Shown: piece by piece, positions 52,446 to 64,000 of the stretch | How positions within the stretch are numbered: the first letter of the stretch is position 1 | Layout of the letters: every line of letters begins with the position of its first letter | Assembly (NCBI RefSeq): GCF_963853765.1 | Contig: NC_088857.1 | Location: forward strand, 8,556,001-8,620,000 | Reading direction: 5' to 3' | Source of the DNA: Magallana gigas | Taxonomy: Eukaryota | DNA: 64,000 nucleotides | The notes under the pieces: model-generated | Database searches by the model: none | Seen by the model: the letters and a program-made list of their open reading frames with translations, nothing else | Told to the model about the DNA's origin: nothing | Position numbers and translations under genes: made by a program

Positions 52446-52611
52446 TGTGAATATGTCATTAACATCATTAATACAGTATTATATTGTCTGCAATGTTCAT
52501 TTCTTAGATATATTCCACTCAATAATCAGCGTATATGCAATATTTTATGCAGGTTTAATAAATATTTTTTTCATTAAAAAGTAATAATTTTGGCGGATTT
52601 ATCTCCCTTAA

Positions 52612-53224
52612 AGCTGCTTGGTCCGATTTTTTTGTAATTACAGTATCAACATTTTTTTCATACAAATCATTTATCTTAGAAAGTTATGGACTTTCCCCCT
52701 ATTTACACCAGCAGAATCAGTCTCCTTTCAAAGTTAGAAATATTCAAAGTAAATAAAAATAATTTCTCTTTGGGCAAACGAAAAAACAAACCAAAATGCA
52801 TCACGGGAATGTTTAGAAAAGGAAACTGCATAATTTCGTCCCCCGAATGATTGGGGCTATGTGACCCACATGCTATGCATCGATTGTAAAGAAAGCAGAC
52901 TTTAGAAATATTGGCTAACAAAACGTACACATGTTTATTTGTAATTTGTCTGATTATTTCGACCTTTATTTAAAGCGATGTCAAATTCGTAATACAACCA
53001 TACCCGTCTCGTAGTCAGGGGTGAAATTTAACATGAGGCGAAATAACGCGGCACCTTTTAATGTCGTTTTGTTTTGTTAGCAAATTTTGTACGTATTTTT
53101 CTTCATTGAAATTTGGCATAATTGACGGGTAAAACTACTGTAATGTCTATTTTTATAAATATACAGGCATAGCCATCGTTTAAAAGCGAGTATAAAATTT
53201 GATATAAAATCGGACCAAGCAGCT
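52612..53224. mobile_element. Kolobok-type non-autonomous transposon, 613 bp, TTAA target-site duplication
   Basis: Perfect 19-bp TIRs AGCTGCTTGGTCCGATTTT and AAAATCGGACCAAGCAGCT, with TTAA at 52608-52611 and 53225-53228. A 5'-AG (RR) terminus with a TTAA TSD fits Kolobok rather than piggyBac (5'-CC). Confidence 0.85.
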
Positions 53225-53544
53225 TTAACAAAAATGTAAACAACGGTAACTAATTCATTTGTTTGTGTTAAATGGAATAACTGTGCAGTGATTCTACTTT
53301 CTAATGATTTTAAGGTAACCATGATGTATTTAATGTGGTCTTATGTTAGCTATATAATATATAAGATCATGTAGATATGCCATCTATACTTAGCATAACA
53401 AAGTGTACATTTCATGAATGATTAAAATTTTATGACTCTTGTTAATTTAATTCCTCTGTTGAAAACATAAGCAGACGATTGTTTTTATTAAGTATATATT
53501 TAAAAAAAACAGGAGATGTTATAAGGGGCCACTTGTGACAATGA

Positions 53545-53692
53545 AAATTCTTGACTAAAAAAATTCAACTCAGCTGAGAAATGACTAAGTTTGATTTGTG
53601 AAATGCAATTTGAGAAAAATTTCAGCTGAGTAAATTCTCAGGATTTGAAATCAAACTTAGGTAAAATCTTAAGTTTTTTGTGAAATCGGAGC
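53545..53692. mobile_element. Harbinger-like MITE right half
   Basis: Ends CTTAAGTTTTTTGTGAAATCGGAGC followed by CAG, with internal CTCAGCTGAG palindromes. Confidence 0.55.
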
Positions 53693-55507
53693 CAGGATTG
53701 TCTTGCCGGGAATAAAATAAAACGTTCATTGAAGCCCTATACATCACCATTTGTAAAGGACAATGATATTGAAAGCTGTCAAAAGTTGTCACATTATTCT
53801 GACATTCTAATAGACACTCCGATGTAGCACAGCATATACCATAAAAACGAGATATTTTCAGAAATTAATAATCTTAAAACAAGTGAATATAAAGAAACGC
53901 AAGTCGAACTCGATGAGTGTTAAACGCTGTTTTTGATGGAATGGTACAATAGAATATGCACAAAAAAGTATCGTCTTTTTCTTTCTCACCTTCATTTATT
54001 TAAAAACGACTTTAACCCGATCGTAGATTAGAGCCATTTTTAAAATTTATCAAATAAATATCTGTTGATCAAAAGTAAACTTTTTATACTGCATCTGTAA
54101 GGCATCGTTATAAAGCTACACAGAAGTTTGAAATTCGCCAAAAAATAACGAAAAAAGTCTGGAAAACAAAGTGGGGACAGAAGGACAGACAGATAACGAT
54201 AAAAACAATAGACCCAACGGTGTTATGGGTAAGGGACTAATACATATGGTAACAGTGTTTCAATTTTACAACATAATGCAATAGCCAGTCATAGGTTCGT
54301 GCGAACACCATCACACACACCTCCACAAACACACACATGCACATTATGTACGGTACGATCTTTGGTTTGCCGCCTATTTACTTTGATTTCCTTATGAAGG
54401 AACCTGATAAAAAAGTAATTTCGATTTTTATCACCGAAAACGTTGATATTGCATATGTATTGCATCTTACTGCACCTCTCAAATTAATTGGTTAAAAAAA
54501 TAACAAAAAAACCCAAAATGCAAATGAAATTTAATAATATAGTAAATGCAAACAAGCTACAAGAAAAAGCCTATTACATACAACGTGATTGGTCACTGTT
54601 GTAAACATTATTGAGCACGGTAAGGGATTTAAAAAGGTGGCCAACACACGAGCAGATTTTAATAAATAAATACATCAAAACATCTTACTTAACTAATGGA
54701 AAAAACAAATTAAAACAATTCCTCAAACCAAACAATATGCATGTATATAAAACAGAATGAATTACAACTTAAATGTTTGCATAGCTTCATGATAAAAAAA
54801 AAATAAAGACAAACAAAAGCATTACAAAACATATGGAACGATTTTTTGTTACATGTAGTCTTAATTATGTTGCTTTAAAAGCCTATTTATATACTTTACC
54901 AATTTAACCAAAATTACATCATTGGCGTCTTGTACAAAACTGATCTGATATATACTACGTAAAAGTAACGTTTTGTTCCACAAAAATCTTTTCTTAATGA
55001 ATGTCAAAATGTGAATCAGTTTTATATAAACGGGTTTTATTAGATTTGAAACTTTCAACGTTATTTTTTTGAATAACCAACGTGTCATTAAAAATTCACT
55101 TACCTACGTCATAAACAAGGGACGTAAGCCACAGAAGTCGATATTTATACTTACATGTAATAACACGATCGTTTTACAGCCTGAGATAAAAAAATTCACT
55201 ATGATCAATCAAACCAGCTTAATTTCAAATTTAGAATTATATTAAGAGGATACTAACTTTTACGTAGGTTCATGTCCCCGCTATACCTGATTTACAAAGC
55301 TAAATCATTCTGATTTATCTTTACAATAAAGTGAGTAAAGTAGTACAAAATGATCTTCTGATGCAGATTGATGTTGTGTCTGACATATTCTTAATAATCA
55401 ATCATAGTCTGCTAATTAGATGTACCTGATATTAGTATAAATGTTACAAGAGGACATTTCGTCTCCAGTTGTCTGTGTATTTGACTGACTATTCATTCCG
55501 TGAAGCA

Positions 55508-58500
55508 TCAAAGATGGAAGTCACTAGCTTTGTCGCCGGCAAAGTATGTGTCCTTTTGGCAAATCTTCTCTGGAGAAGCATTAAAGGTGATATCCACTGT
55601 CTCTTCGTTTTCTTTTTTAATGTCCATAAATTCGTATGCTGGGTGTGCAAATTCTGCAATTGAATTGAAAAGTAATAATACAGCAAACTAGATCGTTTCA
55701 TTTAATATGTGAAAAAGTACACTCTCAGAAATTAAAATGAGCATTTGACATCTACACATTTTTTATCTGGTCAGGAACAATCTATGGACATTTTCTTTTA
55801 AAACGATACGTTTTACCAGTATCAAGTTGGAAAATATGAAGGTTTGCTACGCGATTGCGGCTCAACAGAAAAAAACTTTTCATGTAAGCAAAACGTGTGT
55901 CTTTTTTTCTATAGCGCTATTAACATGATTGCCGATGTATAAGTTGATATTTGTGTTTTATAAAGTTGTACGTGATAAATAAAACAAAAATTATAAGGAA
56001 TATTTATTTGATAAACAGTAATGCAAATATTGCTTATTGTAAAGGAACTGTGGGTCTAATTTAAAAGTGTTTGTATGCTGCTACTTCACCTTTTTCCTGA
56101 ACTTCGTCGCATACTCTCAGTATACCAAAACATCTAAGGATCCCAAACATGAGTCCAGAAAGCACAGCCGTCCACACAGTTATTGCAACCAATCCTAACA
56201 ACTGATAGCCAAGTATCTAAATCATGGAAGCATATATCAGAATTATATATTTTGAGTCTTATTTCAAAAGAGAAGTTAGGATTACTATGAAGGATAGTGA
56301 TTTTAATCCTCGCTCATTATTTGCATAATTTATGTTTTTAAAAAAAATGTCAAACGTTTAATCACTATATATATGATTGTACGTGGTCTCAGATTAAGCA
56401 TGATCTGAATATTGTGGTGTGTTAAGCAATCAAACCAAATAGAATTACTTACAGATGCTGCAGATTCGGTCTGCCATGCATAAAGTATCCCTTTGGTCTT
56501 GTGAAAGATTGCTACAGCAATCAAACCCCAGCTTCCTCCGACAAAGTGGACTAAAAAACAAAAATTATGTATATTTTCAAACAAACGTTGAACAAAATTT
56601 AACTATTTTGTACCAATTTAAATCGCTTATCAGATACCTGCCACAACATCCAGAGGATCATCTATACGGAGTCTAACCAAGAGGACAGAGAAGGTTCTGT
56701 ATACAATGGCGGCAATAAGTCCAACTACGGCTGCGGCATACGGTTCAAAATGATCACTTCCGGCGGAAATGGCAACCTATACAATATGTTTATATCAATT
56801 TAAATAATCTAATGAATTAAAAATCTTTTAAGAATCTTAAGCAAGTGCAACTGAATAAAAATGGTATTTAGAAAAAATCAAAACCATCACTGAATGTAAA
56901 AAAAATAATGTATGTTCGTTTTAGAATGCAATTCTTAGTTATGCCTTGTGTATCTAACTGACAGTAGATAAAAGATTAAAACTATTGTGTAGGAAGAACG
57001 ACATTTGAATTTGCCAGAAGGGAGTACGTTATAACTTGTCACATGTTTCTTTCTCTTGATGCGTATATCCTTTTAAGAATATTAGACAACACAGATGTTA
57101 GTTTGATACTGCAAGAGCAATCAGATATTAATTTGTAAAATAAATGTGTTTCAAAAAGCTTTTTGAGTTTCAAACATCAATGTTTTGTTTAAAATCAATT
57201 TTAATAAGTTTTAGTATATTTGGTCTTTTAACTAACGAAATATTTTGGAAAATGTCTGTTGTTCCTTGTTCCTGTTGGTCCCAAGAATGTAAAAGTTTTG
57301 TAATATTTGTGATAAGGTAGGCTTTTCTTTTATCTGGAGTTGAAATTTATCATCCGTAATGCGACATTTTTTGCTATTTTAATTATTAACTTTCAAAATT
57401 TTTCAATATATTGTCCCGTGAAATAACGAATAATTTAATAATCAGTACCATAATCTAAATTTGATTCAACACAAGCTTTAAAAGAATAATTGTTACTATT
57501 GCCAAAAAAATTTCATTATATGTCTCTTATGTAAAACATCATTTTTTTTTACAATGACTGGTAAATGTACATGCACATGTATGTCTTGCAATCGGACAAC
57601 TTACCATTCCAGCCAAACCTCCATTGATGGCAACAAAAAGACTCCATTTTTTCCCAAAATACCTATTGATAAAGAGTGAAGTGATAGCAGCAATAAAGCA
57701 GGATGCGGAAGGATTGACCTTGGAAAGAGCTATTGGATCATATGAAGATTCAAAGACAAAGAGTTCCCGACATCCCCAGATGAAGGCTAAGAACCCAATC
57801 AGCAGAATAAATCCTCCTACAGCAGCTACCTGTTTATTGAAATGAGACATTATTACATAAGGTTATTTGTAAAAGAAATTAAGGTAAATATTTAACTGTA
57901 AAAAAAACTAAAACAAGAGATCTACAGACCACATTTTTTTTCTTTAATTTCAATGCATAATTTTGTTAGAAATTGCGTTACCATTCTTGCCTCCATACTG
58001 TCCACACACCATACACTCAACAAAACTTTTAAGTGTTCACCCAGTATAATGTATTTTATATATAAAAAAGCACATGTCGAGGTCAAATCAAACAGCAAAT
58101 TTAAAGTGAATACGATCTGTTGTGGAAATAATGCTGACACCAATTTTCCAACGGCTCTGGCTGTGTTTGCAGTGATCACTTTGGTCATGTTAATTGGTTT
58201 TCTTTTAAAACAATAACCAAAGACTTAAATCAATCACAAAATATTAAATATATTATATCATATTAAGCATGCACAGAACAATATCAACTTCATGTTTTAA
58301 CGTTTTGTCACGGGTAAATGATTTCGATCGCTGTTGTTTTTTATCTGTGCTATTGAAGAGAAGACATATCAGTTCTGAAATGTTGAAAATTTAACATCAT
58401 TTTATTTTGTCATTTCAAAATTATTCTATATATATTATGGTGAACACTTAGAAGTATTGTTGAATGTATACTCTTTAGAAATGTTTTATCTAATTTACAT

Positions 58501-61500
58501 TTCTTTACTTTTGAATTTCAACTGCAAACCCTGTGAGATACGGTTTATGAATCAAATATTAATGTTACTTTTTGCTGTTGTAAAACTTCAAGTTATATAC
58601 TATTTTCGTTGTACTCTATGTCAACACTTAAATTCTTTTCTTACATCGTTGCCTTTATTTTCACAAAACATGGCCTTCATTTTCTATAAATTATTTGTTT
58701 TGTTAAATTGTTTCCCCATTCGATAGTGATGGACCCTACGGGTCAAGAAAACATTGCTAGAAACATCAATACATGAGCTCGACAACCTTCAGTTTTTTTA
58801 AACAGATAGACAAAATATTTGGGTTATTTGGTGAGGGTGAACTATATAAAGTTGATTTTGAACAATGATTATTTTTTCTTCTTAAAATAACAATGATTAG
58901 TAGTGAAAATTAGACAAATTTCGTTGGTTTAAACATCATGCATTTATAAATTCTGATATATTGGTTTTATTATAGATCAAAAGTACAACGAGGCCTTACT
59001 CGTGCTGAGTAGCATCTTTCTGTGAAGTCTTTTTTAAGGCTGGAATCAAATCGACCAGTTCTAGGACCAAGCATCGCGGCTCCAACAAGCGCTGCGATTC
59101 CTGACACAACGTGAATCGTACCGCTACCAGCATTATCCTGTAGAAGTAAACAAAGGACACATTATTATGTTTTATGACATGACAGAAGCTGTAATCAGTT
59201 ACTTGTGTGTGAGCATATACTTGTGTGGTATTTTTATTTACTGTTTACAATAAATTCGAATTAGGATATGTCAGCAATGTGACCATGGGGCATACCATTT
59301 TCCGTAAAACAGAGATGAGTCTATTTTTGTAAACAAACGAATTTATTCATAATGTTATGGTTTTTGTCGATTGCTTCTGTATTTTTTTTCATATGATCAT
59401 CATATACAGTATACCTATTTATTGGCTATGAGGCCGATAGCAAGTTATTGACCCCCGAGACAGCACTTATTTTTCGAGACGAAACCGAAGGAAAAAGTTG
59501 CTGTTGAGGGGGACCAAAAACATGCTATCGTCCGAAAAGTCGGTAAATAGGTATTATAAAATCCCAAAGAAAACTTGTACTGTCTGTGATGCAAATTGTC
59601 TTGATGGTAAACTTTGTTAACCTTCCAACTCGGAATTCAACAAAGGTATTTCGAGTATAAAAACTCGGAAGGTGAACCCTAAAATATATTCACAGGGTAT
59701 AAGAAATGCTATTATTTCATGCAATGAAACCAAACTGTGATGATTGTGATGGGTGATGATCATCGTCATCATTATGATGATCATGATAATGATGATGATA
59801 AAATCGGTATGAAATTTTACCATGCACGGTCAAACAACCTGACAAGCTGTTTGTGGATGATAGTGTTTTTTCTCGCATTATACAAGGTGCAAAATCGGTT
59901 TTCCGTTCTGAGGCAGCAATGTAAGAGGTTTTTTTGTCCGGCACACTTTTTATTGTTTAATTACCTGATAAACGATGGGTTCGATGTTCAACCATCCCCT
60001 ACCATATATAGTCCAATGCCTTGCCACCGGGTGAATAAAACCTGAAAATAATTACATATGTTTGAAAAATTCCTAATTTAAGTCGTTCTGGCTTTGTTAA
60101 TATAAAACGTCGTCTGGCGTAGCTTTATCATTGGATACATAAAACAGCAGTATCTGTAAAAATTTTACACAAAACATTCACAAGTTGTAAAAAAGTACGT
60201 TTAAAGATAAAAGAAAAGAAACTAAAATAATGGTTTCATACCTGATATAAACACAGTGGTTATAAAATATGCGATTAACTTGCAACGCTCTGCAATAGCA
60301 CCAGTCACTATTGACGTGGTAATGGATGCAAAAGCGGACTGGGTGAGAATGAAAACGTATGCAATCAACTCGTAAAGAACGACAAATGTTGTGCCAATAA
60401 ACTTGTCTGCGACACCACCATCGCTTAAGGCGAGTACGACACCAAACAGGCAATAAACAACTCCGGAGAGAACTAAAAAAGGAAATAAAAAACATTTCAT
60501 TTCATTGAAAAATAAGATTTAATTGTCTAAAGTACGTTCTACCTTCTTCAATTTTAAAATCTTGAAACATAAAAGTTTTCAGGTATAGATCAAAGTAAAG
60601 GTTGTTTTTTTTACGTACTGAGGCAGATACGTTTGATAATTGGTTGAATGCAAGAAAGTAATGGGTACCTCCATTATGAAAGCTTTTAACCTTATAGGCC
60701 TTAACGGTCACCTGAACGAGTTATAATTACATGTAAATATAACCCTTGCAATATAAAAACAAGCATGAGCAACAGGAGGGCGAGATAAATGGTAAAAAGT
60801 ACTGACTTCTCAACAATTGTTTTCTTATATACAAAAGTTTATAAACAGAGAAAAAAGGTTAAAGGAAACCAGTTCAAGCACTCTCTTTAAAAGAGAAGAA
60901 TTCATATCTCCAAATATGGTAAGGTCGCAGACTGTAAGAGTTTGACGGGCACCCCCCCCCCCAACCCCCTCACGAAAAAAAATGTGGAACATTTTGTTAA
61001 ATGATTGTTAAGATAGCCCCAAGTGACTGTTTTATTCAATTCCAGATTGTTCGTAATGCCTAAATTAAAATATATTGGTTGAAGTGTTTGCAATGTCAAG
61101 TTGCTTAACACTTACAGAATATAAAGTGTTATGGAAATATGGAAAACTGCGCTTGCTGATACGCCAATGCTTGTAAAAAGTTGTTCTGAACTCTACTAAG
61201 ATATTTTTCACACGGATTTAAGATTAGAGAAAACAAATATGTGTACATTCTTTTTTACACTTAATTCTTAATAATCACCCCTCACTTTCAAACCATATAA
61301 ACAAGGATCAGCTTATCAAATGTTTGACACTGCCTTTTTTATCTAGCCATGTACTTAATGTCCTTATGCTTGACGTCTAGCATTAGGAAGTGTATTTTTA
61401 GAGAAATAAAATGCAGTTTTTCATAATATGATCAAAACAATATTAACATGAGAACCACTGACGCTGCAAGACCGTCAATTTCACTATTTTGGTAGGTGCT

Positions 61501-61832
61501 CATTCGCATCATCATAACAACAGTGAATCGAAAACTAAATGAAAAGATTTTGAATTAATTTAATAGAATTTAAAACGAGTGTACTACTGTAACCAGCACC
61601 ACTTAACCTGGGGCAGGCAATTTTACTATTTTGTTGAGCACAACTTATGAAAGTTGATTAAGTTTAACTTAATGTATGTTAATGGTTTAGAATAAGACAA
61701 CGAAACAAAGCAAAGATAACATCAATTTTAAAGCAGACTCACGTAGATTGACGACGTGCCTGATGATTATTCTTTTCGTGTCTTTAATCCGGACAGCACC
61801 AACTTCACGTATGACAAATCCAAATTGTAATA
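55508..61832 (-). CDS. amt: Ammonium transporter (Amt family) paralogue B, divergent; 9 exons visible, 5'-incomplete in this window
   Basis: Exons: 61832-61743, 60472-60242, 60041-59965, 59137-59000, 57829-57605, 56776-56638, 56550-56453, 56216-56090, 55653-55508. They sum to 1271 nt with the same phases as paralogue A and no internal stop. Motifs: QFGF..EVGAVR, SIVTGAIAER, HPVARHW..GWL, DNAGSGTIH, GPRTGRF, GFLAF, NGGLAGMVAISAG, IDDPLDVVAVHFVGGSWG. The first coding exon was not found between 61833 and 64000. Confidence 0.92.
59420..59550. repeat. Dispersed repeat fragment with imperfect internal inverted symmetry
   Basis: GATAGCAAG..CCCCCGAGACAGCACTT versus AAGTTGCTGTTGAGGGGG..CATGCTATC arms, inside an Amt-B intron. 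Confidence 0.45.
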
Positions 61833-61849
61833 CTAAAGAATACAAAACA

Positions 61850-62244
61850 TCATCTGTTTCATATTTGGATATTTTATTGGAAATGGACATTGATGGTAAC
61901 CTAACAACAAATATTTTTGATAACCGTGATGACTTCATTTTTTCTATAATTAACTTTACAATGTGAACTTTATGAAGCAATGTACCTTCATCACCCTCAT
62001 ATGGAGTTTTTGTCTGTCATCAAACTCGATACGCAAGGGCATGGTTGTCATATTAACAGTTTCTTAGGCAAGGCAAGCTACTGACTAACAAGTTGATAAA
62101 ACAGGACTATCAAAAGTCTCGAGTGAAGTAATCTTTTTGTAAGTTCTAAGGTCGATACAACGACCTTGTCAGCAAATACTATCTTCCAGTAGATCGCATG
62201 CTGACTGACGTTTTTTTTTCTCAAACAAATTGTTACACCATAAT
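61850..62244 (+). mobile_element. Penelope-like retroelement RT C-terminal fragment (decayed), antisense in the intron upstream of Amt-B exon 2
   Basis: Translation SVSYLDILLEMDIDGNLTTNIFDNRDDFIFSIINF..PSSPSYGVFV..IRYARA..LLTNKLIKQDYQKSRVK.SFCKF.GRYNDLV. The nucleotide sequence is homologous to 43297-43682. Confidence 0.78.
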
Positions 62245-62308
62245 TAATCAAAGTACTGAAAGCCGGGCTCTTTTTGGTGTCTTTATGCATATTGTGTAGT
62301 AAAGACTG

Positions 62309-62310
<2 letters not shown>

Positions 62311-62350
<40 letters not shown>

Positions 62351-62356
62351 TCTCTC
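62311..62356. repeat. (TC)n microsatellite
   Basis: About 22 TC units with one interruption. Confidence 0.97.
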
Positions 62357-64000
62357 ATGCTTTTAATGTCGGCAAAGCGTCAGAGAGCGACTAAATTTTG
62401 TACGCGGCTATAAGCAAAAATATGTCTGTCTAGTAGAAAAAAGTTCAACAGTTGCTGCCTTGAATTTTGTAAGAAGCGTTATATATTCAATCCCCATTTC
62501 TTCAACGCGCAGCAAAGTAGTTCATGGAAATTCATGCGCATTATATGTGTCCAATATGCATAGTATTGTTTTTAAAACACGTTATTTATAAGAAAACTAA
62601 AAAAGATAGACAATTCTCTCGAAATTAAATAAAAGAAACAAAATGCCAACACTTTTGACAAAACGTGGCTCTTTATGTAACTATTTGGTATAGCGGAAGC
62701 TTTTACTTTGACGCTGTTTGGTTTTTTGTTTACTTTTGACGTTTTGCTATTTATAGTAACATTGGCGATTTGCCTGCCTACAGTCAGGACTCTGCTGTCA
62801 GCAGGGCCCGGCTAAAAACCTAATTGCCGACGGACTTTTCCGTTTTTTCCCCAATTAAGACAAAGAGCACACGGCGGATGTGACCTGTCAGCAGAGGATG
62901 TTCACTCCTCTATGGCACCTAATCCTACCGCTAGTTTTTTTTTAGATCAGTGCTTTTTCTGCTCCTGTTTTGTATTTTCCTTTGGACTTTTCAATTTAAA
63001 CAATAACAATTACTTAAAAAGATAGGAGGTAAATGTAGCATTGAGAAAAAGGCGTGAAAGATGTATATATTTAACACATTCTTTGACCAAAACCAACTTT
63101 CGACAAAGTTAAAGAACTAAAATTTTTCATGAAAGGTGCAGTTAGGCAAATGGTTTTCTATGAGCAGAGGATAAGAAAGACAAAATAGCAAGGTCAAGGT
63201 TTCACTTTACCTCCTAGACCAAAAAATAAAATTAAAAAAGAAAACAAAAATTCAAATCAGAATTATACTCGAGTACTATATGATAACCATGGATTGATAT
63301 GAAGAATATTAAGATTAGACTGAATTTGTAACAATCATAAAACGGTTATTTCTGTTCTTCAGAAGCATGCAATTTCAGTGTGAACATCTATTCAAACATT
63401 GAAAGCTCATGAGTCAACAAATTGACCAAATGCCTAATGATGTGTTTGACAAATGCAATTTCAATTCAAAACATAATACATTAATTGAATAATAGAAAAA
63501 ATCAAGTATGAGTGAAATGGTGTAACTCACTGGGATGTTTACAAAGAAGAAAATAAAAAACGTTTTTGTTGGGATTCAAGTCTTACCACAAAAGATCACC
63601 ACTTGTTAAAAATGCTAAATGCAAATTTAAGTATACAAATATAAAATAGGTATGACTTAAATTCAATCCTTAATCTATTTACTCAGAGAGACCTGGTGAA
63701 ATTCTTTTTCTAAGATAATTAATTTGTATGAAAAACGATATGAAACTGTAAAAGCCATAACTTGGAGTACTTAACTTTAATTTTTAATTCTTATTTTTTT
63801 CTTTACTAAGTTATGTAATTGCACTTCACCCGCCTTATCTACAAATGTTCTGTATCCTATTATTTTATTGTTAATCTCCCAAATTCACCAGGCATAGAGT
63901 TAATTTCCCCACCCCAAAATTCACCAGATCATCCTCCTGTCCCAATGAACCACGCTAAACGCGGTCCTCAAACCCCTTGCTCTAGTTTAATTCATGCCTA

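Noticed and set aside
52248-53692. Possible single 1.45-kb element bounded by GCTCCGATTTCACAAAA inverted ends
   Set aside because: The flanks differ (TAT vs CAG) and the arms diverge internally, so two separate MITE fragments are more likely.
59717-60045. His/Asp-rich and Met/Ile-rich ORFs
   Set aside because: Translations of an intronic (CAT/GAT)n low-complexity tract and the antisense of Amt-B exon 4.
63574-63605. Candidate first exon for Amt-B (GTAAGA donor near 63575)
   Set aside because: The required phase-1 frame has an in-frame TAA and no ATG.

Overview
AT-rich, repeat-dense eukaryotic genomic DNA with spliceosomal GT-AG introns. A ~166-bp Cg170/HindIII-type satellite inside a Helentron-like element points to a Crassostrea/Magallana oyster (inference from recalled repeat families). 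I rebuilt four protein-coding genes by hand, three of them largely missed by the ORF track because they are spliced. (1) A 3-coding-exon minus-strand gene (1842-3482) encodes a 141-aa secreted protein with 12 mature Cys and no family I can assign. (2) An intronless FAM124-family CDS (25607-26662, +). (3, 4) Two tandem minus-strand ammonium-transporter (Amt) paralogues with identical exon phases: copy A 39602-51648 (10 exons, 456 aa, complete) and copy B 55508-61832 (9 exons seen, first exon not found). Both Amt proteins keep the twin-His pair and open frames but share unusual replacements of near-invariant Amt motifs. This is the most interesting system in the window. The rest is non-autonomous DNA transposons (some with intact TIRs and TSDs), Helitron/Helentron pieces, Penelope-like RT fragments, microsatellites and a 128-N gap. 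No rRNA, tRNA or CRISPR array is supported. All alignments were done by eye; no database searches were run.
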